64,000 nucleotides of DNA from Pristiophorus japonicus (Eukaryota). The notes under the pieces are model-generated. The model saw only the letters and a list, made by a program, of their open reading frames with translations. It was not told the origin of the DNA and searched no databases. Location: the NCBI RefSeq assembly GCF_044704955.1, contig NC_092006.1, positions 5,084,001 through 5,148,000 on the forward strand. The letters are read 5' to 3'. The position numbers and the translations under genes were made by a program. Each line of letters starts with the position of its first letter. Positions within the stretch are counted from its first letter, which is position 1. Below are positions 46,754 through 59,030 of the stretch, piece after piece.

Positions 46754-46849
46754 TGAAAAAAAGATTGCAAATTCTGAAATAAACACAGAAACTGCTAGAA
46801 TTACACGGCGGTTTCTGTGTTTATTTCAGAATTAGCAATCTTTTTTTCA
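46754..46849. repeat. Near-perfect 96-nt hairpin
   Basis: tgaaaaaaagattgcaaattctgaaataaacacagaaactgc, a 12-nt loop, then gcggtttctgtgtttatttcagaattagcaatctttttttca. Confidence 0.85.
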
Positions 46850-47012
46850 TATTTTTCGAAGGCTTTTTCGAAGGCCTATTGCCCGAGACATTGCCCGATG
46901 GTTTCTATTAGTAGATGCCAGTGTGGTCGAAGGATTCGTTTTGTTTCCAGTCAGAGCGACAAATGGCGATTCGATGGACATTAAGGTGATGTGGACCAGA
47001 CCTCTGTTCCAT

Positions 47013-48767
47013 TCATGCATAGGTGAAACTGTCCTTTGAAGCTGTCGGCGAACAAAAGGTGAAACGCACATCAATTCTTGTAAATCCTTGATCACCTTCT
47101 ATAAATATCGAGACTAGAATTGTGAGATGGTCTTTGAATCAATCGTACAAGGCCGTGGAAAATCTTAAAAATATAATACAGAGGTCAGAGTTGGGGGAGT
47201 GAACCGGTTTTGACACAATGTTAAATAGAGTGAGACTGTTGCCGATGAAAACTGGTCCAGTGACTCACCTTTCCTTGTGGGATCGCTTAGAATCACCGAA
47301 ACGTACAGCACGGAAGGAGGCCATTCGGCCCATCGTGTCCGCGCCGGCCGACCAAGAGCCACCCGGCCTAATCCCACTTTCCCGCTCTCGGTCCGTAGCC
47401 CTGTAGGTTACGGCACTTCAGGTGCACATCCAAGTACTTGTTAAATGTGGTGAGGGTTTCTGCCTCTACCACCCTTTCAGGCCGTGAGTTCCATCCCAGA
47501 TCCCCACCACCCTCTGGGTGAAGACATTTCCCCTCAAATCCCCTCTAAACCTCCCCCCAATTACTTTAAATCTGTGCCCCCTGGTTGTTGACCCCTCTGC
47601 CAAGGGAAACAGGTTCATCCTATCCACTCTATCCAGGCCCTTCGTAATTTTATACACCTCAATCAGGTCTTCCCTCAGCCTCCTCTGTTCCAAAGAAAAC
47701 AACCCCAGCCTCTCCAATCTTTCCTCATGGCTAAAATTCTCCAGTCCAGGCAACATCCTGGTAAATCTCCTGTGCACCCTCTCTAGTGCAACATCCTGGT
47801 AAATCTCCTCTGTACCCTCTCGAGTGCAACATCCTGGTAAATCTCCTCTGCACCCTCTCCAGTGCAACATCCTGGTAAATCTCCTCTGTACCCTCTCTCA
47901 TGCAACATCCTGGTAAATCTCCTCTGTACCCTCTCTAGTGCAACATCCTGGTAAATCTCCTCTGTACCCTCTCGAGTGCAACATCCTGGTAAATCTCCTC
48001 TGCACCCTCTCTAGTGCAACATCCTGGTAAATCTCCTCTGTACCCTCTCCAGTGCAACATTCTGGTAAATCTCCTCTGTACCCTCTCCAGTGCAACATCC
48101 TGGTAAATCTCTCTGTACCCTCTCTCCTGCAACATCCTGGTAAATCTCCTCTGCACCCTCTCTAGTGCAACATCCTGGTAAATCTCCTCTGCACCCTCTC
48201 TCGTGCAATCACATCTTTCCTGTAATGTGGTGACCAGAACTGCACGCAGTACTCCAGCTGTGGCCTAACTAGTGTTTTATACAGTTCAAGCATAACCTCC
48301 CTGCTCTTGTATTCCATGCCTAGGCTAATAAAGGCAAATATTCTGTTTGCCTTCTTAACCACCTTATCCACCTGGCCTGCTACCTTCAGGGAATTGTGGA
48401 CCTGCACTCCCAGGTCCCTCTGTTCCTCTACACTTCTCAGTGTCCTACCATTTAATGTGTATTCCCTTGCCTTGTTAGACCTCCCCAAGTGCATTACTTC
48501 ACACTTCTCCGGGTTGAATTCCATTTGCCGCTGTTCTGCCCGCCTGACCAGTCTATCTCTTGTCTCGTCCTTCTGAAAGAATTCGCTGTAAAATTGGCGT
48601 TGAAAGGCACGCGGAGGGAATCACGTCGAGCAAACATTTACTGACGAGCACCAGTTAAGTATCAAGTCTCACCTGTTTTGCCGCTGCCATGATGCCAAAG
48701 TGGAGGATAAGGATCAATACTAGAGCCAGGATCCCCGGGACAGTCATTGCACCAGGCACGCACCACC
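47013..48767 (-). pseudogene. TM and cytoplasmic exons of a second, disrupted membrane-receptor gene
   Basis: Exon 48767-48673 (tctctgtag|…CAG|gtgaga) reads GWCVPGAMTVPGILALVLILILHF. After an 87-bp intron, a 51-nt exon is split by CR1 (48585-48554 + 47287-47269; ANSFRRTRQEISDPTRK, donor gtgagt). Candidate last exon from 47041 reads ASKDSFTYA*. Confidence 0.55.
47290..48553 (-). mobile_element. CR1 LINE containing a 38-bp tandem amplification (about 47749-48207, about 12 units)
   Basis: Unit gcaacatcctggtaaatctcctctgcaccctctccagt; the translation cycles through three frames ([15 protein letters not shown]). Confidence 0.9.
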
Positions 48768-49823
48768 CTACAGAGACAGAACACCGAGACATTGCTGCTG
48801 GCTCAAACCATTATCTCAGTGGTTCTCGACCGGTGTTCCGCGGCACATGCCGTGAACCCTTCACAGGGGTGCCGCCAAATTGTGTAAAAGTATGGTGGAC
48901 TTTTGCTGATTTCACAATGAAACACAAACCATTTAACTCTGAAACAGAATGGGAGGGGGGAGAGAGACAGACAGACACATGTGTCATCTACCTATATGTA
49001 CCACACCACTGCTGTAGTAAGCATTGCCAATATCGACAAATAGCTATCTATTTATCTCTACTATTATCAAAAAAAAACGATGTTCTCGAGTTGTACAAGT
49101 AACAATGACAAGAGACAACAGACACAAACAATGTAAATGTCCATACTCAGAACAAAATCCTTTGGCAAAATGTGTTTCCTCGGACACCACCCCTCTCCCA
49201 CTCCGTTACTCCCTCCCATTACTGATAGAGAAGTGCTGGTGTCTACCATCGAATGAGACTGTGTGTGTGTGTGTGTGTGTGTATATTTACGTTTGGGTGT
49301 GTAAGTGCGTCTGTACCAAGGGCATAGCCTGAGGGGGGCCTGGCCACCCCCAATCCTTAATAATAGCATTAAATTGTTCATGTGAAAAGCTTAAAATGTG
49401 ATTGTTAATTTGGCTGAAAGAAATGAAAGACAAGTCTAACACATAGGCAGTAAAAATTGTAGTTTTTATAATAAAATGTCAAAAACTATTTCATTACATT
49501 TAACCACATTCTTATTTCTATTTTGTTATTTTTGTTTATTGATCTGCTGCATGATGTGTGGCCGGGACTGGTGGCATCTTTGACGCTTTGACCTGAAGCA
49601 GCGCCAATTGACGGCTCCTTCGATGTACGCGGCATCCAACTTGACCTGGCCGAGCCGCCCTATTTGTGAGAGTTGGCTTTTGGCATATTTTGACCACAGT
49701 TCAAATCAACTCTCGCTTCGTTTCTGTCTGGACTCTCTGGCGTTTGGAAATTGGAAGACTCAGTTCGTGCCTGTCTGGAGTTTGGATCGTTCAGACGGAT
49801 AAAGTTTGTCCTCCCCCCTCCCA

Positions 49824-51813
49824 ATGGACAAATTCATCATCAGAAAACGTAAAAATGAGCGAGGAGATAACAATGGCAGTGCCACTACAAGTTGGCCGAC
49901 AACCATCGCCAGTACAAGCGGTGCCCAACCAAATCCTAAAAAACCCAAAATTCATCATCAATATATGGAGGATTATTTGAGGTTCGGTTTTTCATGGACA
50001 GGAGAAGAAGAATGCCCCATTCCCCTGTGTGTTGTGAGCAGCGACTTTACATTGCAAGAAGAAGACTTAAAAAAGGAGGGAGAGAGAAAGCAGGGAATTA
50101 TAGACCGGTCAGCCTAACCTCAGTAGTGGGTAAAATGATGGAATCAATTATTAAGGATGTCATAGCAGCGCATTTGGAAAATGGTGACATGATAGGTCCA
50201 AGTCAGCATGGATTTGTGAAAGGGAGATCATGCTTGACAAATCTTCTGGAATTTTTTGAGGATGTTTCCAATAAAGTGGACAAAGGAGTACCAGTTGATG
50301 TGGTATATTTGGACTTTCAGAAGGCTTTCGACAAGGTCCCACACAGGAGATTAATGTGCAAAGTTAAAGCACATGGGATTGGGGGTAGTGTGCTGATGTG
50401 GATTGAGAACTGGTTGTCAGACAGGAAGTAAAGAGTAGGAGTAAATGGGTACTTTTCGGAATGGCAGGCAGTGACTAGTGGGGTACCGCAGGGTTCTGTG
50501 CTGGGGCCCCAGCTGTTTACATTGTACATTAATGATTTAGACGAGGGGATTAAATGTAGTATCTCCAAATTTGCGGATGACACTAAGTTGGGTGGCAGTG
50601 TGAGCTGCGAGGAGGATGCTATGAGGCTACAGAGTGACTTGGATAGGTTAGGTGAGTGGGCAAATGCGTGGCAGATGAAGTATAATGTGGATAAATGTGA
50701 GGTTATCCACTTTGGTGGTAAAAACAGAGAGACAGACTATTATCTGAATGGTGACAGATTAGGAAAAGGGAAGGTGCAACGAGACCTGGGTGTCATGGTA
50801 CATCAGTCATTGAAGGTTGGCATGCAGGTACAGCAGGCGGTTAAGAAAGCAAATGGCATGTTGGCCTTCATAGCGAGGGGATTTGAGTACAGGGGCAGGG
50901 AGGTGTTGCTACAGTTGTACAGGGCCTTGGTGAGGCCACACCTGGAGTATTGTGTACAGTTTTGGTCTCCTAACTTGAGGAAGGACATTCTTGCTATTGA
51001 GGGAGTGCAGCGAAGGTTCACCAGACTGATTCCCGGGATGGTGGGACTGACCTATCAAGAAAGACTGGATCAACTGGGCTTGTATTCACTGGAGTTCAGA
51101 AGAGTGAGAGGGGACCTCATAGAAACGTTTAAAATTCTGACGGGTTTGGACAGGTTGGATGCAGGAAGAATGTTCCCAATGTTGGGGAAGTCCAGAACCA
51201 GGGGTCACAGTCTAAGGATAAGGGGAAAGCCATTTAGGACCGAGATAAGGAGAAACTTCTTCACCCAGAGAGTGGTGAACCTGTGGAATTCTCTGCCACG
51301 GGAAGTGGTTGAGGCCAATTCACTAAATATATTCAAAAGGGAGTTAGATGAAGTCCTTACTACTCGGGGGATCAAGGGGTATGGCGTGAAAGCAGGAGTG
51401 GGTACTGAAGTTTCATGTTCAGCCATGAACTCATTGAATGGCGGTGCAGGCTAGAAGGGCTGAATGGCCTGCTCCTGCATCTATTTTCTATGTTTCTATG
51501 TTTCTAAGACGTATTGACTTCTATTTCTACAGACCGAGGTCTTAAAATGAAACATTCAGATTTGTCTCCTGATGCGTTCTGGATTTCTATTAAAGAAGAA
51601 TATCCTATAGTATCAAAAAAAGCCTTGATAATTCTGATGCAGTTTTCAGCATCATGTCTCTGCGAATTAGGATTCTCAACTCTTACGAACATCAAATGCA
51701 AAAAACGGGAAAAACTTGGAAAACTTGAACATGAAATGAGAGTCGCCTTATCGGTTATACGCCCTAATATTAGTGACATAACTATAAAACATCAGGCTCA
51801 AGTATCACATTAA
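49824..51813 (+). pseudogene. Buster/Charlie (ZBED5/SCAND3-like) transposase remnant interrupted by CR1
   Basis: N-terminus MDKFIIRKRK…YMEDYLRFGFSWTGEEECPIPLCVV; C-terminal hAT dimerisation region FWISIKEEYP…LCELGFSTL…MRVALSVIRPNI…QAQVSH*. Confidence 0.9.
50067..51505 (+). mobile_element. Young CR1 LINE (RT portion) inserted in the hAT transposase
   Basis: Nearly identical to 27380-28833; aagac duplicated at 50062-50066 / 51506-51510. Confidence 0.95.
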
Positions 51814-52099
51814 AATACTAATTAATCTAGAATTAATGTGAGGAATTATTATTGTAGTTTATTATTTTATTGTTACTTTCAGAATAAAAAATAATTAGTA
51901 ACATACATGTGTACAATGTTCATATGCTGTGATTAATAAAATGTTTTTTAAATTTTCTGAAACTTGCTTTTTTAAAAAAACCTTTTAACCCCTTCAAGTG
52001 TGCCGCCAAAAATTCTAGTATTCGAAAGTGTGCCGCGAACACAGAAAGGCTGAGCGCCACTGCATTATCTGGTGGGAAACTAGACTCAGTTACTACGTG

Positions 52100-52825
52100 A
52101 GACCACCAGCCCGGGGTGTGAAATGACAAGCCACTCGAGGTTCATCCCGAGCAGCTCCGTAACACAGGACCCTGTGCTCTACGGGCTGTTCCCGGGGACA
52201 CACATCGAGACAGACATCACCTGCTGCTGGAGGGTCATCAACTCAGTCAAAGACACACTTTGGTCTTGCCGAAACGTGCTGGTCTTCCAGAACAAGGAGA
52301 TGTCCAAATCTGCGTGTTGCAGACTGGCGCAATGCACGATCCAGGATTGCGTGCTGAGGGTCGCACTTAAAATTGGTGCAGTCGCCGCAAAGGCACGGTG
52401 GGGAAGGGCCACAGTTTAAAGCCCTCCCACCACGGTAAACCCAGGGGCTGGTATCAGTATAAAACTCCCCTCGGGCTGCAATGGTAAACCTTTGTATGCA
52501 TAGAGCACCATGATCTGCAAACACCTGTGTAGTGCCGTGTATAATGCAAGTTCTGTTGTGTAATGCATGATGGATAGAAATATAACTGTACCCTCCCGTA
52601 TGGTGACACATGTAATGTAACTTGATGAACGGACCACAATGTATCCTGGATTGTATGAATCGTACCTTGAAATATAAAGTAAAGAAATGTATTGAACGGA
52701 ACTGCGGTCAGCATCCAAATGTAATGTACGGAATTGCTGACTGCATTCAAATGTACTGAACTGCTTTCGAATGTATTGTGCACATTTTTATATGAATAAT
52801 GTATATTTTGGAAAAAAATAGCCAA
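52100..52825 (+). mobile_element. Tx1/L1-clade LINE 3' end
   Basis: ORF 52123-52419 (VLYGLFPGTH…KDTLWSCRNVLVFQ…ARWG), then an AT-rich UTR and A-rich tail. Confidence 0.65.
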
Positions 52826-53111
52826 CCGATGCGCTTGATATTGGACCAGTGAAAGCCCCTCATGAAATAAATTGCACTGTGTCTGGTATTTGGGAGAAGC
52901 TGGTAGACAGCACTCAAAAAATATTGTTCAGTCCGGAGATGCACTTACAGCAGACAGTTATTATCAATAGGATATTGTCCTTAAGCTGCTGGGCTGATCT
53001 GTGTAAACACACTGACACAATTAGGTTTCAAACATTAACCGATGAAATAATTGGTATTAATATGACTTAGTTCTCTGTCTCTCTGTCTCTCTCTTTGTCT
53101 GTCTCTCTGTC

Positions 53112-53158
<47 letters not shown>

Positions 53159-53165
53159 GACTGTC

Positions 53166-53753
53166 NNNNNNNNNNNNNNNNNNNNNNNNNNNNNNNNNNN
53201 NNNNNNNNNNNNNNNNNNNNNNNNNNNNNNNNNNNNNNNNNNNNNNNNNNNNNNNNNNNNNNNNNNNNNNNNNNNNNNNNNNNNNNNNNNNNNNNNNNNN
53301 NNNNNNNNNNNNNNNNNNNNNNNNNNNNNNNNNNNNNNNNNNNNNNNNNNNNNNNNNNNNNNNNNNNNNNNNNNNNNNNNNNNNNNNNNNNNNNNNNNNN
53401 NNNNNNNNNNNNNNNNNNNNNNNNNNNNNNNNNNNNNNNNNNNNNNNNNNNNNNNNNNNNNNNNNNNNNNNNNNNNNNNNNNNNNNNNNNNNNNNNNNNN
53501 NNNNNNNNNNNNNNNNNNNNNNNNNNNNNNNNNNNNNNNNNNNNNNNNNNNNNNNNNNNNNNNNNNNNNNNNNNNNNNNNNNNNNNNNNNNNNNNNNNNN
53601 NNNNNNNNNNNNNNNNNNNNNNNNNNNNNNNNNNNNNNNNNNNNNNNNNNNNNNNNNNNNNNNNNNNNNNNNNNNNNNNNNNNNNNNNNNNNNNNNNNNN
53701 NNNNNNNNNNNNNNNNNNNNNNNNNNNNNNNNNNNNNNNNNNNNNNNNNNNNN
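53166..53753. other. Assembly gap flanked by (CT/CTGT)n and (TCTATA)-like simple repeats
   Basis: Run of n. Confidence 0.99.
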
Positions 53754-54253
53754 TATCTATCTCTGTTGCTATTTCAATTCTTATCTCCATCTTTATCTCT
53801 ATCTTTACATCAATCTTTAGCTCAATCGCTATCTCTAGACCATATCTCTATCTTTCTCCATCTCTATATCTCTCTATTTTCATTATCTCTATCTTTATAT
53901 CTAACCACGAACAGTTTCCAGTGACCCAATTTCTGTGAAACTTCAAACCAGGGTGAGATCTCCACAATACAAGCTGATTAAAATTAAAATAGCTCTCTTG
54001 AGCAAACGGAGTGGAATTATAGTTTTAAAACAGGGGCATTAAAGAAAACGGGTGCAATTGGGCCTGTACCCATGTCAGTTGTCCCACATTATCGATCAGG
54101 TCGGAGCATTTCCGAGCATTAACTCACTTCTGCTCAGAAAATCTGTCGACTTATTTCAAACCTTCAGTGAGCAAAGTTACACAACATTCCTTGGGAAGAG
54201 AGTGATACTTATAACTTTCCTTAAAAAATGTCAGCTGTGGCCAAGTATATAGC

Positions 54254-54737
54254 GGGTTGTGGGTTCCAGTCCTACTCCAGAGACTTGAGCCCAAAATCTA
54301 GGCTGACACTCCCAGTACTGAGGGAGCACCGCACTGTCGGAGGGGCGGTGCTGAGGGAGCGCCGTACTGCACTGTCGGAGGGGCAGTGCTGAGGGAGCGC
54401 TGTACTGCACTGTCGGAGGGGCAGTACTGAGGGAGCCCCGCACTGTCAGAGGGGCAGTACTGAGGGAGCGCTGCACTGTCGGTGGGGCAGTACTGAGGAA
54501 GCGCCGTACTGCACTGTTGGAGGGGCAGTACTGAGGGAGCGCCGCACTGTCGGAGGGGCAGTACTGAGGGAGCGCTGCACTGTCGGAGGGGCAGTACTGA
54601 GGGAGCGCCGTACTGCACTGTCGGAGGGGCAGTACTGAGGGCGCCCCGCACTGTCGGAGGGGCAGTACTGAGGGATCGCCGCACTGTCGGAGGGGCAGTA
54701 CTGAGGGAGCGCCGCACCGTCGGAGGGGCAGTACTGA
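54254..54737 (+). mobile_element. SINE head plus 33/38-bp repeat variants
   Basis: B-box region ggttccagtcctactccagagacttgagc, then 33-mers, some with a 5-bp (gtact) insertion. Confidence 0.8.
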
Positions 54738-54739
54738 AA

Positions 54740-57062
54740 TTTAGCTACGAGGAAAGATTGGATAGGCTGGGGTTGTTTTCCTTGGAACAGAGGGGGCTGA
54801 GGGGAGATTTAATTGAGGTGTATAAAATGATGAGGGGCCTGGATAGAGTGGATAGGAAGGAGTATAATGTTGGAAAGTGTGAGGTCATGCACTTTGGCAG
54901 AAAAAAATCAAAGAGCAAGTTATTATTGAAATGGAGAAAGATTGCAAAGTGCTGCAGTGCAGCGGGACCTGGGGGTACTTGTGCATGAAACACAAAAGGA
55001 TAGTATGCAGGTACAGCAAGTGATCAGGAAGGCCAATGGTATCTTGGCCTTTATTGCAAAGGAGATGGCGTATAAAAGCAGGGAAGCCTTGCTACAACTG
55101 TACAGGGTATTGGTGAGGCCACACCTGGAGTACTGTGTGCAGTTTTGGTTTCCATATTTACGAAAGGATATACTTGCTTTGGAGGCAGTTCAGAGAAGGT
55201 TCATGTGGTTGATTCCGGGGATGAGGGGGTTGACTTATGAGGAAAGGTTGAGTAGGTTGGGCCTCTACTCATTGGAATTCAGAAGAATGAGAGGTGATCT
55301 TATCGAAACGTATAAGATTATGAGGGGGCTTGACAAGGTGGATGCAGAGAGGATGTTTCCACTGATGGGAGAGACTAGAACTAGGGGGCATAGTCTTAGA
55401 ATAAAGGGCCACCCATTTAAAACTGAGATGAGGAGAAATTTCTTTTCTCAGAGGGTTGTAAATCTGTGGAATTCGCTGCCTCAGAGAGCTGTGGAAGCTG
55501 GGACATTGAATATATTTAAGACAGAAATAGACAGTTTCTTAAAAGATAAGGGGATAAGGGATTATGGAGAGCAGGCGGGGAAGTGGAGCTGAGTCCATGA
55601 TCAGATCAGACATGATCGTATTAAATGGCAGAGCAGTCTCGAGGGGCCATATGGCCGACTCCTGCTCCTATTTCTGATGTTCTTATGAACTGTTTCCCTT
55701 GACAAAAGGGTCAATAACCAGGGGGCATAGATTGAAAGTAATTGGGAGGAGGTTTAGAGGGGATTTGTGGGGAAATTCCTTCACCCAGAGAGTGGTGGGG
55801 CTCTGGGGCGGAACTCACTGTCTGAAAGGGTGGTAGAGGCAGAAACCCTCACCACATTTAAACAGTACCTGGATGTACACTTGAAGTGCCGTAACTCACA
55901 GGGCTACGGACCGAGAGCGGGAAAGTGGGATTAGGCCGGGTGGCTCTTTGTCGGCCGGTGCAGACACGATGGGCCGAATGGCCTCCTTCCCTGCTGTAAA
56001 TTTCAATGTTTTGAATATTCTATAAGCAGGCCGATGAGTGATCAGATAGAGGGGTTTAAGATTATGAAAGGGGTCGACAGGGTAGATGTAGAGAAGATAT
56101 TTCCACTTGTGGGGGAGACCAGAACCAGGGGCCATCAATATCAGACAGTCACTAATAAATCCAATGGGGAATTCAGGAGAAACTTCTTTTTACCCAGAGA
56201 GCGGTGAGAATGTGGAACTCGCTGCCACAGGGAGGGGTTGAGGCGAGTAGTATCAATGTATTTAAGGGGAAGTTGGATAAACACACGAGGGAGAAAGGAA
56301 TAGAAGGATATGGGGATGGGGTGAGATAGAGAGGGGAGGGAGGGGGCTGGTGTGGAGCTTAAAACCCAGCACGGAGCGGTGGGGCCAAATGGCACAGGCA
56401 GTGAAGAAGGCGAATGGTATGTTGGCCTTCATAGCGAGGGGATTTGAGTATAGGAGCAGGGAGGCCTTACTGCAGTTGTACAGGGCCTTGGTGAGGCCTC
56501 ATCTGGAATATTGTGTTCAGTTTTGGTCTCCTAATCTGAGGAAGGACATTCTTGCTATTGAGGGAGTGCAGCGAAGGTTCACCAGACTGATTCCCGGGAT
56601 GGCAGAACTGACATATGAAGAAAGATTGGATCGACTAGGCTTATATTCACTGGAGTTTAGAAGAATGAGAGGGGATCTCACAGAAACATATAAAATTCTG
56701 ACGGGACTGGACAGGTTAGATGCAGGAAGAATGTTCCCGATGTTGGGGAAGTCCAGAACCAGGGGTCACAATCTAAGGATAAGGGGTAAGCCATTTAGGA
56801 CCGAGTTGAGGAGAAACTTTTTCACCCAGAGAATTGTGAACCTGTGGAATTCTCTACCACAGAAAGTTGTTGAGGCCAGTTCGTTGGAAATATTCAGAAG
56901 GGAGTTAGATGTGGCCCTTACGGCTAAAGGGATCAAGGGGTATGGAGAGAAAGCAGGAATGGGGTACTGAAGTTGCATGATCAGCCATGATCATATTGAA
57001 TGGCGGTGCAGGCTCGAAGGGCCGAATGGCCTACTCCTGCACCTACTTTCTATGTTTCTATG
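54740..57062 (+). mobile_element. Nested stack of CR1 3' fragments of several subfamilies
   Basis: ORFs 54942-55592 and 56350-56970 are ORF2 C-termini; the outer CR1 (54740-54858) resumes at about 55690. Confidence 0.88.
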
Positions 57063-57651
57063 CCTGTGTCTGTGCTGCACGCTGTGTGCAATTCTACCTG
57101 AAGGGTCACCCTCTGCAGAAGAATGAAGTGGTGTGGGGAACGGAGCGATGAGAGTAAGCGAGGTAAGTTTCGAATCAATTACCGGTAGAGTTTGGCCGCG
57201 AGTCGAGCGGACCAATTTTTGCACTGCGCTGAATTTCTGAGCCGAGGTGCAGCAGTCCTTGACCTCAAAGGGCAGAGAAGCGAGGGCGACCCTGAAGCAG
57301 AGAGGTCAGGAGGATACAACCCGGCCACAGCCAGAGCAGAGGCGCCCGGCTTGTGGGCCGCGCGTGACGCGGTAGGCGCCTCGCCCGCCGCTCACGCTGC
57401 TTGCGGGGAGGGGCCGCTTGCGAACAGACGCGAAAGGCTCAGCCACGAACTGGTGGAAATAGCTGCACTGCCACAGATTCTGCCTTAGCCCGAAAGAGAG
57501 TGGCCGAGCTCGAAGCTCTCTGTGGTTTTCCTGTTGCTGCAGAAAGGTCAAACTCTGAGACATCACGTCAAACCGCTCGCAGTTTGCCGCCCAGAGTACA
57601 TTCAACCCAACCTACAGCAGCCCCCGTGTGCATTAACCTCATGTGCACCAT
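57063..57651 (-). pseudogene. Possible decayed leader / V-sized exon / start of C exon
   Basis: ATG exon 57651-57612 (phase 1), 75-bp intron, 354-nt exon 57536-57183 with frameshifted V-like fragments (AESVA, CSY, SALAVAGLYPPD), 70-bp intron, then an exon from 57112 (EGDPS…) cut by CR1. Confidence 0.33.
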
Positions 57652-57729
57652 TGCCTTTCTAGGTGGCGGTGCTCGGTGTTCGGACAGAAGGAATTGGTGT
57701 TATTCTGAGTCCCAGTTACATTCATTAAC

Positions 57730-58085
57730 CACCCTCCCGCACTCCCTCCTCCACCGCGGCTGCAGTGTGCACCATCTATCTGGCAAGTGTCTCACCTCCT
57801 GACTCCCCCAAAGCCTCTCCCACCATCTCCAAGTCAGGAGTGTGATGGAACACTCCCCACTTGCCTGGATGAGTTGCAGCTCCAGCAACGCTCGGGAAGC
57901 TCGACACCGTCCAGGACAAAGCAGCCCCGCTCGATCGGCCACGCTCCCCACCACCTTCAACACTCACTCCCTCCACCACCGGCGCACCGTGGCTGCAGTG
58001 TGCACCGTCTACACGATGCACCGCGGCAACTCGCCAAGGCTTCTTCGGCAGCACCTCCCAAACCCGCCACCTCTACCCGCTATAC
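57730..58085 (+). mobile_element. Fragment of a second CR1/L2-type LINE family (also 59289-59562, 14292-14492, 42415-42600)
   Basis: MEHSPLAWMS…HSLHHRRTVAAVCTVYTMH…PRLLRQHLP C-terminal ORF2 motifs. Confidence 0.7.
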
Positions 58086-58409
58086 CAGGGGTGGATTAAC
58101 CCCACCAAAGAACATCGGCCCACCAAATAAAGGTAGGAACAAAATATAAGGCCTTCCAAATAGGCTGAATAGAATCCACAACGAGAGAGGAGAAAAGCAA
58201 GACTGAGGAAAATATCGTTTGTTGGCCTAACGTGTACATAGATCAACGACAGGCCAAATCCACCCTTTTCACTCTGTGTATTGAACATGGCTGCTGGCTA
58301 CTATTGAAATGGGAGACATCATTGAGAAATTCCCATGTAGGAAATCTCGCAATGTTATCCTATAAAGTACCTACGGGCTATATACTGGCTGATACAGGCT
58401 AGATTCACT

Positions 58410-59030
58410 TGTATATACCTATATACAGAAGTACCTATATACACGAATGTACCTATATACAGAAGTACCTATATACACTGATGTACCAATATACAGAAGT
58501 ACCTATACACACTAATGCACCTATATACACTGATGTACCAATATACAGAAGTACCTATATACACGAAAGCACCTATATACAGAAGTACCTATACACAGTA
58601 ATGCACCTATATACACTGATGTACCAATATACAGAAGTACCTATAGACACTAATGTACCTATATACACTAATGTACCTATATACACTAATGCACCTATAT
58701 ACACTGATGTACTGATATACAGAAGTACCTATATACACTAATGTACCTATATACACTAATGCACCTTTTTACAGAAGTACCTATATACACTGATGTACCA
58801 GTATACAGAAGTACCTATATACACGAAAGCACCTATATACAGAAGTACCTATACACACTAATGTACCTATATACACTGATGTACTGATATACAGAAGTAC
58901 CTATATACACTAATGTACCTATATACACTAATGCACCTATATACAGGAATACACCTATATACAGAAGTACCTATATAGACGAATGTACCTATATACAGAA
59001 GTACCTATATTTACTAATGTATCTATATAC
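58410..59030. repeat. AT-rich 16/18-bp minisatellite (tacctatatacagaag / tacctatatacactaatg)
   Basis: Directly visible tandem units. Confidence 0.92.

Larger units (their letters stand above)
48817..52062 (+). mobile_element. hAT DNA transposon, Buster/Charlie group, internally deleted
   Basis: TIRs CAGTGGTTCTC… / …GAGCGCCACTG; perfect 8-bp TSD cattatct (48809-48816, 52063-52070) fitting NNNTANNN; subterminal gtgccgc repeats. Confidence 0.95.

Noticed and set aside
58409-58741. Tyr-rich 110-aa ORF
   Set aside because: Translation of a 16/18-bp AT-rich minisatellite.
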